Origin: Antedon mediterranea
Taxonomy: Eukaryota > Animalia > Echinodermata
DNA length: 64,000 nucleotides
Assembly (NCBI RefSeq): GCF_964355755.1
Contig: NC_092674.1
Location: 31,434,001 to 31,498,000 of the forward strand
Reading direction: 5' to 3'
The stretch's first letter is position 1; each line of letters begins with the position of its first letter. The notes below the pieces were generated by a model, which saw nothing but the letters and a program-made list of their open reading frames with translations, made no database searches and was not told the DNA's origin. Position numbers and translations under genes: made by a program. This document shows positions 51,211 through 64,000 of this stretch, one piece after another.

Positions 51211-54159
51211 ATTTACCTTTTTATAAATATATTTTCCATCATATAGGCCTAATCTGAATCCAACTCAAATTGTTGTTTAAAACACTTGAAATAATCAGGG
51301 TTGAAATATATTATTGTGATATTATCGTAACGTTCAAATAATACAGAAGTGTGAACACCTTAACCCTGTTCAGAATAATATAATCGTTATTGAGCATACC
51401 AAAGATTAGTTCCCACTACAATTCCCACTGCACAATTTATTAGACCAATCACAAACGACGAACTAGTCGACTTTTCGCTTGTCATTGGTCAACTAGCTTG
51501 CCTTGTGCTTACGTTCTGGCTCAGTGTTGTCTCCCAGTGTTTCAACAACACTGTACCAGCAGTTATTAATACTGCATTGTAATAAAAAGAAAATACAAAG
51601 AAATTAAGATGAAATAAAGTTATCGTGCATTCCAGCAATAACTATCTGCATCCTAAACTCGCCAGCAAGGTAGGGCAAAGTGGACAAGGTCATCTCGTGT
51701 ATTGTACACAAAAGCACAAAGACATTGCCAGGTGTAACATGAATATACTACATTCCTAATTTACATTATTAACAATATTGCTATTACTCATTTTTTAGTA
51801 CTACAGTTATAGGCTAATATACTTAATATAATCTTATTATATTCTACTATTATTTTTCTCTATCTGACCAGCACCATTACAATACTTTGTATTATTGTGT
51901 TTAAAAAAAAAATTCATATTGTGGTGGTTGGAAATTATCATCAATTGTGTTAAGGTAATGTCAATAGAACAATACTTTAATTATGTATGCAACAACAACA
52001 CAGTCTATTGTTTTCTAATGAATAAATATGGTAATGAAATTGATTGTATAATAATTATTATAACACAATTATGCACATGCCGCATTATTGTGCTGATCAC
52101 GTAACGTTAGCCCCATTTTTAATTATAAAATTGCATAATGATATTCATTGTTAGTTAATTTACAAAGAAAGACATTAAAATAAGTAAACACACACGTACA
52201 CAGTATTGCGACAATATTGCTTTCAGATACAAGGATAAATATTATTTATTTTAATAAAATCTACTTAAATACTGGGATATACTTGCATTAAACACGTTTT
52301 AAATAAGGTACCATTCATTAATGGTGACAGGTCCCGATCACGAGTCCTATGTTGGCATGTGTTACGTCATGTACAACGTAATATTAAAACTTTTCCATTA
52401 TCATTCCAGATAGAATCTATTGTAATACTAAGTAGTAGCATAAATACAACACAAAGTACAGTTAGTATCAAGGTATTTAAAGTATAAGTAATGTACAGTA
52501 CATTAAACGATAGTTTCGACTTTCCACTTATAGGCGAACCTATCCGCGCGAATCGAACATTCCTCAGCTCTGATTGGTTACGCATTTTTTGCATCGCAAA
52601 AAGTAGAGGGAAATATAAATACGCATGCGCAAATAGACCTAATGCACAGTTCTGTATGAATGTTGTGTCGTGTCTGTTACGTCAAGTTTGTTTAACATAT
52701 TATTTCTTTACATTGGGTAAGCTATTGATTTGAGCTACTTTATGGTTAAATAAAAATGTATGGTACATTAACACTATTATTGAATATTTTTTGTTTCACA
52801 AAAATATAGATTAGTCCCTTGATAATAATTACTTGTCTATTATATGGCCTTTTGGATCAAATCTGGATTTGGGTTGTGATTAAACTATTACAGGCAGATT
52901 AAAAGATGATTACGGCGATAACAAATGAAAAAGACTGGTCTTCGATTTGGTGTTGGATTGTCAATTATGTGATCTAATTTCAAGCATAAAGATGCAAAAA
53001 CAACTTTATAATTTCCAACTTAATAAAGTTCCATAATGCTCTGCAGCCTACCAATGCGAGTTAAGATATACGAGTTACTTTGGAATACATACTGTATGTG
53101 CAGGTTGTGTTCTATCTTTAAATATCATTTTGTAGTTTAACATACTATTTACTGTAGATCTATATGTACATACTTTAATAACAATACATACCTATTATAT
53201 CTTTACTATTAATTGATATGAGTACGTATTTGACCATTGATCAATGTGTATAGCATGGTATAAACGTAGATCTCGAGTACACCAGCAATGAAGTCAATTG
53301 ATACTAAGTATCCGTCAATGACAGTCATGTGTCTTCAGAAGAAGGCGGCTACAAAAACAGTAACCGCAACTGTTAAATAAAAAATAGTATAGGATACATC
53401 ATTAGTATAGGATACATCATTTTTAGGATATAACAAAATGCTACAATTTTTCTTCGGATTGTGGTAAACCAATATTACTGAACCCGCTCCGTGTCTTGTT
53501 AAAATCAATATCTATATAATAATATTCGAACTTCTCTCATGTGAAATTATACACAAGTTGCAACTGTTAGATGATTCTCTGTGTGCAAATCGTGACCCAC
53601 CACGCTTGATGGTCCGGAATGAATACTGGTTCAATTGGTCGTAAGAACTTTAGCCTTTCTTGTTGGTATATAACCAACCGCAAACAAACGCCTGCTTTTT
53701 AAAAGTTTAAATACATAATGTACGTAAATACAAACCGAAAACCGCTTTCAAACATTGCCCTTGCGTTGCGTTTTTAGTATAAAACCCAGTCGGTAAATTA
53801 CCAGGAAAATAATAATGCATAATTTTCCTTAGTGGAACCATGTGTTCTTACAACTTTGAAACGTACCTAAACACATTATAGTTTTCATAAATTTCTAATC
53901 CTATTGTTTCTCCTTAGAACATAAAATAGGGTATTCTCTAGAATAACCTATTACAACCTTGGTGACAATCTGAGCACAAGAAGAATATTGTTTACAGCTA
54001 GCTATCGATTTCTGATCATATTTCTTGTATTTAGTGGGAAATAAATACATCTTTGTCCCGAGTAAGTTCTACGATAATGGAAGGATGAAAAAGTATGCGA
54101 AGAAATGATTTTGTGTTTTGATGATCAGCTGTTCGACGAATCATAAAGTTATGACGTCA

Positions 54160-57100
54160 TTATCTAACCAATGCTTGCACATCCACATTTGTGACAGTCA
54201 TATAGTACACCCAGTATAGGATTTGAAAGCACATGAACATAAATGGGAACAAAACACGAGATACTCGGTCAACTCGATCCGCATCAATAGTCGTGTCCAT
54301 AAAAGTAGTAAGGTAATTCCAGACACCACTCTCTTCTTGTGACGGCAAGTATTTATTGTCGTTTCCCCAGTCGTTGCCTGCGTTAATTTTCTATGAAAAA
54401 TGAAAAAAAAAATTTAAACAATTTGAAATGAGATAGAATAGGCATAGAATTTACTGACTTCTATTCTATGATAGTGATGTACAGCAATGATTGCAGAGAC
54501 GTAGGCCTAGTTAGTTTAGTGGTATTTAATGAAATCACCAACGTTTGCTTGTAAAAGAATAGAAATTCAACTTTGCATTTATTTTCTCAAAAATCACTAA
54601 ATGGTAACGGAAAAAAATGTTAATATAAATCAATCTAGGCTATCATTCAAAAAATGAATGTTTTAGATGGAACAAATGTCAGTTTAGTTTGACGGTGGAT
54701 GACAAAATAAATGATGCGAAATATCATCTTATTACCACGTCGTTTGAGTTGATAATTCGCAAAGCTCTATCCTTCTCATTTCCAATGTCATTATCATCGT
54801 CACACGAAGCAGACTGCACAATCTTAGTAAACGATGGGTTATTCCTTTTCTTCTGGTCAGCAAGCGATCCCGTGTAACTGACCAACGCAAATTCGATCAA
54901 GGCGGCAAAAACGAACAAGTAACACATCACAAGGTAATAGTCAATTGCTTTAACGTATGAAAGTTTTGGGAGAGAAGAATTAACACTGGCCATTAGAGTA
55001 GTTAGTGTCAATACGGTTGTGATCCCCAAAGCTACACGGGCCGGCGTTGCAGCTCGATTTATCCAAAAAGATACCCACGATAAAAGTACTATCATTGATG
55101 CTGGGACATACACCTGGATGACATAATAAGAAATTGAACGGCCAAGGTAAAAGTCAGCAACCAATTGCGAATAGTTTCCGACTGTAAGAGAAAATAAAAT
55201 ATTATTATTGTTTACTTTTCAGTTTTGTACAACTAAAGGCAACTTGGTCCTAAACATAAATGTTCGGCTCCTTCAGGCTTAGGTAATTTAACGCTAACGT
55301 TGACTTGGACTAACTACCTTTGTTGATTAAGTACTAAACCCGATCGTGTGCAAATAGGACGGAAAGTTTACGGTATGCTGATACTTTACACAGTTTTATT
55401 ATTAAAACAATAATATGAATAAAAGTTGGGATAAGATTCGAAATAAATACATTGAAACTGAGAATTTACTAGTTTTTACAACAAATTGCAAACTATAATA
55501 TATATCGTCGATATGTTTACCTACCGTAATACGTGGCTTTATGCGCTCGGTGGTTAAAACCTAAAAGACTAAATTGTGGTAATGATATATTTTGATCCAT
55601 TGTAATACCGTCTGTGTCTACCCAATTATACTCAATATCTCGGTCACTGTATGCGTCTAAATGAAGAGAGAAAGCTAAACTAATGAAGCACTTAGTAAGA
55701 TAAAGTAAGTAAGTTTTAGAATACAAATCACAAAAACTATTATTAACGTTCAAATTATTTCTTAGAGATAGAATATAAAAATAGCAAGATTATAAATATG
55801 TTAACACAACGAAACAGCGAACAGGTGTTTACAAGACTCAATAAAACATGTTAGAAATGTCTAAAATGTATTTTTCAAACCTTCTAAATTGGTTGAAATG
55901 ATCTATAACGTAGAGTTTTGGAAAAAATACTCTCCAATGATACGAAAATATGATTTTGTACTTGAAAATAAAGTCTTACTTTGTGTAACTGATTACAGAA
56001 GCTAAAATAAATGCAGTTTACAATACTTACAACTTTCCATCCAAAGCATACAGTGCTGCATATCCATTGGAAAATATTTAAGATCCATCTGACAACTTGG
56101 TGTTATAGTTAATCTGTAAACACAAGCATAAACGTAATTGTAGAAGAAAACAAATATATTTTCTGCAGATACTTTTGTAGTATTTCTTTTACACAAAATA
56201 TTGTATTCTTACTTGATCAGAGTAGATTGGTTTGCTTCTGAAAGTTTTGTTTAATACTTTCGATTAAAAAGATAACAGCCATTTCATATTATTTGGAACA
56301 CATACAGTTATAAAAAATACGTTGTAAGACAAACGAATGTTTGTTAATGTGCCTCACCACAATTAATAAAACAATGTGTTTTAGATGTACTTTGAAAACA
56401 TTTTTAATTGTAATTTGAATAATGATGAAAAAGAAAATTAGTTACATCAACTTTGATCTGATGGCGATATGTTATTATCTTGTGACTTTATTGAATTAAT
56501 CGATTTTTGTAATCGTTGGCGCCAAATGTCTACATGTTTGAATAGTCGTCGACTTTTATAAAATGCTTGGCATACCTTTAAAGTCGTTGCATATCCATAA
56601 AATTCGCATAACATTTTTTCGTAGAATTTTGTCAAATAAATCCGCAAATATAGGCCTCAAATCTGTATTTACTTTTTTGCTATGATAACGATTTTATAGT
56701 TTCTTAGCGAACGATTCAGTAGGATATCTCCAAAACCAACATTTAATTGAGTGGTTCTTGTATTACACCAAGGCACTCGACGGTTAAATTAAAACACGGA
56801 AATTGTAAGCAACATACATATAGATACATGTCAGGGAATATGTTATCTGTATATTACCTATATTCAACTTTAGAACCGATTATATCTAACCCAAGGCCTT
56901 GAACTTACAAGTTATAATCTTTCGATTGAATATAAATTATAAAGTAATTTAACAACTGTAAATATTTTCTAAAAAGTGACTCATAAAACAGTCGTAAGTT
57001 GAAAGTGGTTGATACTAAACGTTTAAATCTTGATTGGAACTTTAGAAAGATAATGAGAAAGAAGATTCTTCCACGATGATGAGAAGAAAAGTATTACAGT

Positions 57101-60100
57101 TTTGGTGAATGTTCTCGTACGAAATATGAATAATTTGATGTGACGATTTACGATGTAGTAAATATCTTGTAAATCAAAGCAAAGGAAAATGGAGACTTTC
57201 AAATATGGAACGCTTCAAAGATAAACAGTATCATTCCTTATTACCGTTTGATTCATTGCTTTTTACATATCGGTTTATTTTCTCTATATTATAAAATTGA
57301 TATTTTTTTCGATCAGAGAATGTGATAACAAGTGAAAAAGTAACCGAATACCACGTACATAATTACAGTAGTGATATTTTTGACAAATGAAGCTCTATTT
57401 TTTCGATAGGTCAATCTAATTATACTTTGAAAGTTGAGACATGTTTCATTAAAAGGAAAAAGAAGAAACAAGAAAAATGAAACAGAAATTATTAAAGCCA
57501 TATCATATATTTTGCTTTTAAAATCGGTGATCAAATCTAGGACACTTTTAGAGAAATTTTGCTGGAATGTAGTGCATACTGTTAATGTGTTTTTCAAGGT
57601 ATTTGAATTGTAGCTAAAGTTTTTGGTGCTCATTCTAGTAGATGAAAATGTATGTAAACGAACATATGGTGATAAATAGTCTTTACATTTATCCCACTCT
57701 AATAGGAAAACCCAATTCAATCATAAATCTGTCTCACTTAACGGTGATTGATGTTTAAATTCTGTTAGAATTTATAATGTAAAAATAACATATGCTAGAA
57801 TAAATTTTACCTAAATTATTATCCCTTCTTTCGTCGACCTTTCAGTCGAGTGTTTTACTTATTCTTCTTTCTTGTATTTAAATTTCCATCATCATTCTCT
57901 TTGTTTCCTGTGTTGTATTTGATTTATTTATTTCCGGTTGTTCACGATAATTATAGTAAATTTCTCGCGATTTATGTGTAATGGAATTACGTGACAGTCT
58001 TCCACTTGTATAGTACAACATTTATCTTTTGACTTATGTATGTTTTACTATTATTCTATCATAACCTATGTAGTGGAATTATTATATTTTTAAAGCAAAA
58101 AACTGTACTTATAAAAACATACTGTATAAAAACATAGAAGATAGTAAAACAATAATACTTCATAATTTGATAGGAAAGCATGCATACTATACAAGTTACT
58201 TTTTTGAAAAGATTTTTAAATTGTCATTTTTATATGTAAACTAAATGAAGTTGTTTATTGAGTTGTAGAACTATATCAGCTAACAATTGTAAAATTAAAT
58301 GGTACTTTTGCACGAGTGTTTAGTACGCAACCACCTCATGATATGGCCTGTTTCTAGGTCAACATCGATGGAAAAATAATAATGGCTTCAGAGGCAATCA
58401 AAGTTAATGAAAGCTCATCAATTTAATACAACTAACCGGTCTATCTTATATGTAATCTGGTTGGTTGAATGTAAAGAGTCTAAGAATCGTGCATTGATTT
58501 GTAATAAATCAAATGGAATGTATTTGTGTGTTGAAATTTACAAATTGCTCTTTCTGTTGCCGTTTGAAGAGGGGTGAAATTAATCTACTAATAATAAACG
58601 AAACTTTAGTTATAATTGTTGTGATACGAAATTTGATACCAATAGTCATTTATGAATCACGATACAAAATAACATTGATGATAACGACGATGAATATAAA
58701 TGATAATGACGATATGTAAATATGGCGACGAATTTACTGCCAATGAAAGCGATTGTTATTATAGAAGAGGGTAGTGAAGTTAGGATGATGACGACATAGG
58801 ATATGTAGAGACTAAAATACAACGGCATTCACGTTCTATTAAACGTGTTTGCACACCGTGTCTTGAAAAAAAATATATATTACGACGAACACAATGCAAT
58901 TAGATAAAAAGCTTATAAATCCTAATCAAGAATTGCATTCTCTTGTGATTATAGACTAGTGTATACGTACTTATACGTGCCAGTTCTATCATACCACACA
59001 TTTATAGGCTTAGGCATGTTAACGTATCTGAATATAAGACATATTTGTAATTCCGGGTTTTGAAACTAAAGATTATTATATAGTTCTTAAACAAACTCAT
59101 CATATTTTAATTTACAAGGCGAAACAGAACAAGACTGTGTGACGAGTTAGAGGGCGCACTTTAAGTATGATTTACTTTATGTGATGTGCAAATTATTATC
59201 TTAGTGTGGGATTATTTCTACCGTATAACATTGTAATTTTACGTAAGCGCGGCGCAAGTTCGACTAATCACGACGCGATGGATCATTCAAGTCGCTTATG
59301 ATTGGTCAACTCACCTGCGTTAGCCTCCGTCGTTTCGCTGCGTCCAAGTGGCAACGAAGCTTTAGAACTCCAAATAGATGCCGATATAATTTTATAAATA
59401 ATTCTGTCTATGATCTGAAGATGTGTTTTTTATTCAGATAACACTCATCAGATGTTTATCAATATAGAGCTATATAAAGAATACATAATTACCTTGTACT
59501 ATATAGTAGGTTCCCGTTAGGTTTGATTCGTATAAGAGAATTCTCACTCAATACAGTGTGGTAATTAGACCGTCTCTCGTTAATAAAATATGTATCTGGA
59601 ACCCATAGTTTTCTTACCATTTCATTGGTAAGAGCTAAGTCTTCGATCTTAATATTATCATCAAACGATAACCGGGGATCACTCCATTGCTGCCGAAAAT
59701 ACAAATCTATTGTGTATTCCTAAAAGAAAAGTTTTATATTAATTATAATAATCTTTGTGACGTCCCAGAAAGAATTGATACAATCCTAAGCCGGCTAATT
59801 ACAAGTGAAAGGCTCAGGAGCTGTGGTCGAGCTTGACTATACCACACGCCCCACGCAAACCGGTATGAGTGTCCAACACATCATCACCTTTATGTAAATG
59901 ATTATGTAAATGATTATGTAAATCACAACAGTACACTAACATGCATACCAAACAAAATAAACAGTCTTATGTTTCAATTATTAAACAAACATATTCAAAT
60001 AGCAAACAATAAACAAACAACAAAATAAATTGTTATTAAAAATGAAATGCGAACAAAAAACTCTTAAATCAACCTGTAGTATTTGCTTAGAGATCAATCA

Positions 60101-63100
60101 AGCTACTTTATAATACAATATTCTCTAGGTGCTTGAGTATACCAATACATTTTAAGTGTACTTATTAAAATAAGTGGCGCGGCTTGACGAAAAAAATAAA
60201 ATAAAACTGAGAATTGAAAAAGGGGTTCTGTTCATTCACATAAATATCAACAAACACCAAATGACATTTTTTAGACGAGTTCAAAAATTAAAAAAATTGC
60301 CGCTGCGAATTTTGTTTCATTTTCATTATTATGTAAAGCTTAATTACATTTACGACAATGGCTTAGAAGGCATTCCTATGTGATTTGAGATGCTAATAAC
60401 ACAGTACTTAGTAATTTCATCCTATCCTATATTATGCTTATCATTATGCCAAGATAAATAACAACGTATCATATAGTGTTCAATTTAACTGCTTTGGAGA
60501 TAAAACTAAAAAATGTCATAAAATGCAATAGCGAACGATGCAAACATGGGTGATATCTAATGTGGGTGTCATGGGTTTACAATAAATACCCAGTTAACAT
60601 GCATGTATCTTGTTTTGCAAACATATCATATAACAATCAAGCAAATCTATCTATAGTAAATGACATTTTAATGTTTCATGTCGATATACACATTATTTGA
60701 TTGTCAATGATATAGTAAATACCCAATTTGTCACCTCCTTTACTTCTTGTTATATGTTACCTTTCATATTGAACAACGAAAGACATGATAATCTGACCTT
60801 GTGGTGACTTTATGTAGTTTTTTTTCTTGTGAAATAATTACATTTTTGAACAAGTGAGGTGCGGACGGCACCTGTCGGAGCAGAGCCTAAAGCGCGTATT
60901 GTCACACTTCAAAACAACAAAACGTTATTTGAATGTTTTTAATTATGTTGTCATCGTGTTGCGTAGAACAGATACTTTTGCTTTCGGGAGTTTTTGCAAA
61001 ACACGATGTTTATGTTGGAGAGTTCACGCCATTACTAGAGTTGAATAATGACGCTTGAGAATTGTTGCGTCAAGTACAGAAAAAAAACAAACTTAGAGAA
61101 TCCTTGATGGATACATCTCCAGTAATGTTACGGTACGACACATGGTGTATCTGATTCGTTCAAAGCGATTCTAATACATTGGGTATTACCGAAAAGTATC
61201 ATTATGTAGATTGTGCATATAGAATTATCTTTCTACGAAAACTTAGAACTTTAGAGTCCACATCAAACAAAGGGATATAGTGACAGATATACCGTCAATG
61301 CCAATAACTGTCATATACGGTATTATCATTGATATCATTGAATATACTTTACCGTCTGTAGACGGTAAGATGAAATATCACATAACGTAAAGAATAACAA
61401 AATACCAAGAGTATTAAATTTAAAAGCGGCGAATTTCTATTTTTCTAAGGTTGCTTTTCCAATAATGAGAAGATAGCGTTTATTTCTGTTGTCATTTGCC
61501 AGGACTTAATGTAGCTTTTGTGCAAATTTGGCCTTGAACATTTTTTTGTTGATTTCCCTCGATATTGCTACTTTGACAAGATTTTAGGTCAGTTTACAGA
61601 ATGTTTGACAGGATTTTGGGTCAGTTTACAGAATGTTTGATATTCCACCAATAAAACATTATCGATCATATTCATGGTTGAGGGCAGTATTGACTGACGT
61701 TCATCAGAGCCATATAAATAGGGTAGCTCTGCAGATATTCATCACCAAGCATTATTCAAATTTAGATACACGTCAGTATAATGATATTATTAATTAACTG
61801 AACTTATTTTTGATTATCATTATTTTCCACTTAAGTTTATTTTTTTTCCTCGTCATTGTTGTTAGGCCTAACTGTTTTTGTAAATCACAGGGTTGCCCTC
61901 TGGGATTGTTGTGATGTTGTTTTATACCCGAATAAATAAAAAATTAATTAAAAAGAAAAATCATGATGTACCAAAGATTCTTTTCAGTTACAGAGGTTTT
62001 TATTCAAAACATAGAATGAATTATCTCTTTAATGGTCAAACGAATTTCGTAAGATAGTTTGTCTGGACATGCAGCAGATGGTCTAGACTATAAATATTCT
62101 CCCGCTTGCTTTAACTCAAGTGCTAATATACAATTTCATTTAAATGATGAAGCTACCCACTGATCTGAATATATAGCTTTATTTATCCATCAATTTGTTG
62201 TATATTACCTAACAGATAATACTAATAGTGAATATAGGTAACGTGGTGAGATATAAGGAGAGCATACTTTATCTAGGTAGATACCCATAAAGGTAAGAAT
62301 AGGTTCATAATTACATTAATAACACAATTGCTAGCAAATGAAAGAAATGTCAGTGACGTTTGTTGCACATTAAATCATAATGAAGCATCGAGTGTTCACA
62401 TCGGGTGAGATTGAATCATCGCGACAGCCGTTACGTTTAAGAAAACGGTGGGAGTGTGAAATAAAGAAAATATTAAGGGTAATGTTACCTGGCTAATAAT
62501 AAATAGGTCACACTATCAGACACATCACGAAGGGGTAAAATTCAAAGTGCGCATTCAATAATAACAGCTTTCGTAAAATGAGAATTTTAAGTACGGTGAT
62601 ATTACAGAAAAAAGGAAATTGTGTTTTAATTGAAATACGATGGATGCTAAGAAGATTTCGCATTAGATTGAGAAAGGTCTAGCTTGTTAATGAGACTTGG
62701 CTACTTATAGAGATTTATTTCATTGCTTATTGAAAGAAATCGATACAAACTGATTTTATTGTTATTTTTGTCGATCGGTGGTGGACAAGTAATCGAACTT
62801 ATGCGAGGATTAGATTTACACATGCGACGTTTATTTAAAAATAACATTGTAAAAAAAATCAGAAAAAGCATAGATAAAAATTATCAATAATAATAATAAC
62901 TGTAATAATGATACGTATATCTTAATTACAATTTACATAAAGCACCTCCACCCCCTCCAAAAAAAAAAGCAGTGGTACAGTTTGAACTGAAAAATACTAA
63001 TACATAAACAGATATCCACATAAAGTAAGCCGCACAAACACAATTAAGGTATGTTAAAAGTACACTGTAAAAATGATGTAGGCCTAATAATCAAAGGTCT

Positions 63101-63414
63101 TTATTCTGATATAAAATCAATAGGATAAAAACACAAAAAAGTACCGAGACGGCAAACTTATTTCCATTGTGGTCAGTGGTGTATCTAAGCAATTATAAAC
63201 CATAAGACAAAGCACAAGAAAATACATTCAATGAAATTGACATTAAATTATTGACAATGATTTTAATGATGATGAAAATAATGAGAATTTTATTGTAATC
63301 AGGGAACAGTGAGATTAAATAATCTCTCTTCCCTGATGTACATTACCATCGCAGTTTCAGACACGTCTCCCATGCTGTAAATATACATACTAATATTCAC
63401 CACGACTTTTTTAT
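54160..63414 (-). CDS. Cys-loop ligand-gated chloride channel subunit, GABA-A beta/RDL/LCCH3-like (paralog 2; the first exons lie beyond the right edge)
   Basis: Exons (-): 63347-63414, 59493-59719, 56031-56113 ([15 protein letters not shown]), 55525-55656, 54736-55181 ([13 protein letters not shown]), 54160-54390 (VDRVSRVLFP, M4). Extracellular-domain intron positions and phases match paralog 1 (68-nt and 83-nt exons are the same length). Confidence 0.92.
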
Positions 63415-64000
63415 CTGGAAAAACAAAAAATAAAAGTTGGATTAAGAATTTAATCCAGCATTAGGTTCGTTCTAAATTGTGTGTACATGGCGCTTTATCT
63501 TCCATTATTTCAGATTAGCGCACCAGTGTATACTTAGGTGGTATATGTGTCTATACCTCAAGATCGCAGAAGCAACTCATGTCAATCCAAATACAGTATA
63601 TCTATATTATGAATGTTGACAGAGTTGGTGTAAATGTTGTAACACATCCTGAGGCTTCTCTTTGTAAATCACAGATCAACGTACTTCACAGGTCTTTACT
63701 TACAACAAATAATGGTTACACTTTTACTTTCAAGTACCTAATTCATCAATGCCAATTTTTAAACTGAATGATATTTACTAAACGTAAAAGTATTCCTATA
63801 TGATATTTCACTTAAATTGCTTCTTATAATCGGCTGAAGAAGAAAAACAACATGTAAAATGAGTTGAATTGTAAGAAAATGACTGCTTTTTTAAAATAGA
63901 AAATAATGCACGGTGTAACAAAATATTGGGTTCAAAATGTAGGCATGATTTCAGCGGTGACAGAAAACTTTTGTTGTTTCATTTTCTGAAATTATAGCCG

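Noticed and set aside
56400-57900. Possible decayed coding or retroelement sequence in a channel-2 intron (ORFs 56447-56647 and 57313-57720)
   Set aside because: No recognisable RT, transposase or other motif by eye. A translated search would be needed.
63415-64000. Exons 1-2 of channel paralog 2
   Set aside because: No signal-peptide exon or YDKRLRP-like exon was found in this stretch. They presumably lie beyond the window.

Overview
AT-rich, intron-rich animal genomic DNA. Gene content and repeat style suggest a marine invertebrate, possibly an echinoderm; this is an inference. Seven protein-coding genes can be spliced by hand with GT-AG junctions and consistent phase: the 5' part of a neurobeachin/LRBA gene (- strand, 17 exons, running off the left edge); a ZFAND2B/AIRAPL-type AN1 zinc-finger gene with two UIMs and a CAAX box (-); cyclophilin-40/PPID (+, head-to-head with ZFAND2); two adjacent secreted low-complexity repeat-protein genes (+); and two tandem anion-selective Cys-loop receptor subunit genes of the GABA-A beta/RDL class (-, the second truncated by the right edge). 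Introns and intergenic DNA carry many non-autonomous DNA transposons (hAT-like, MULE-like, TA-flanked, Helitron/Helentron-like, hairpin elements, two MITE families) and minisatellites. Five observations stand out. (1) Four tandem arrays in four different genes sit on or directly against splice sites, multiplying donors or acceptors. (2) Three 24-36 bp palindromes with exact 7-bp target duplications look like P-superfamily excision footprints. (3) A 1.5 kb TIR element ends 26 bp upstream of the PPID start codon, inside the shared promoter. (4) Two orphan-looking secreted repeat proteins share one gene architecture. (5) Both chloride-channel paralogs have a non-canonical loop C. All calls come from reading the sequence; no database searches were run.
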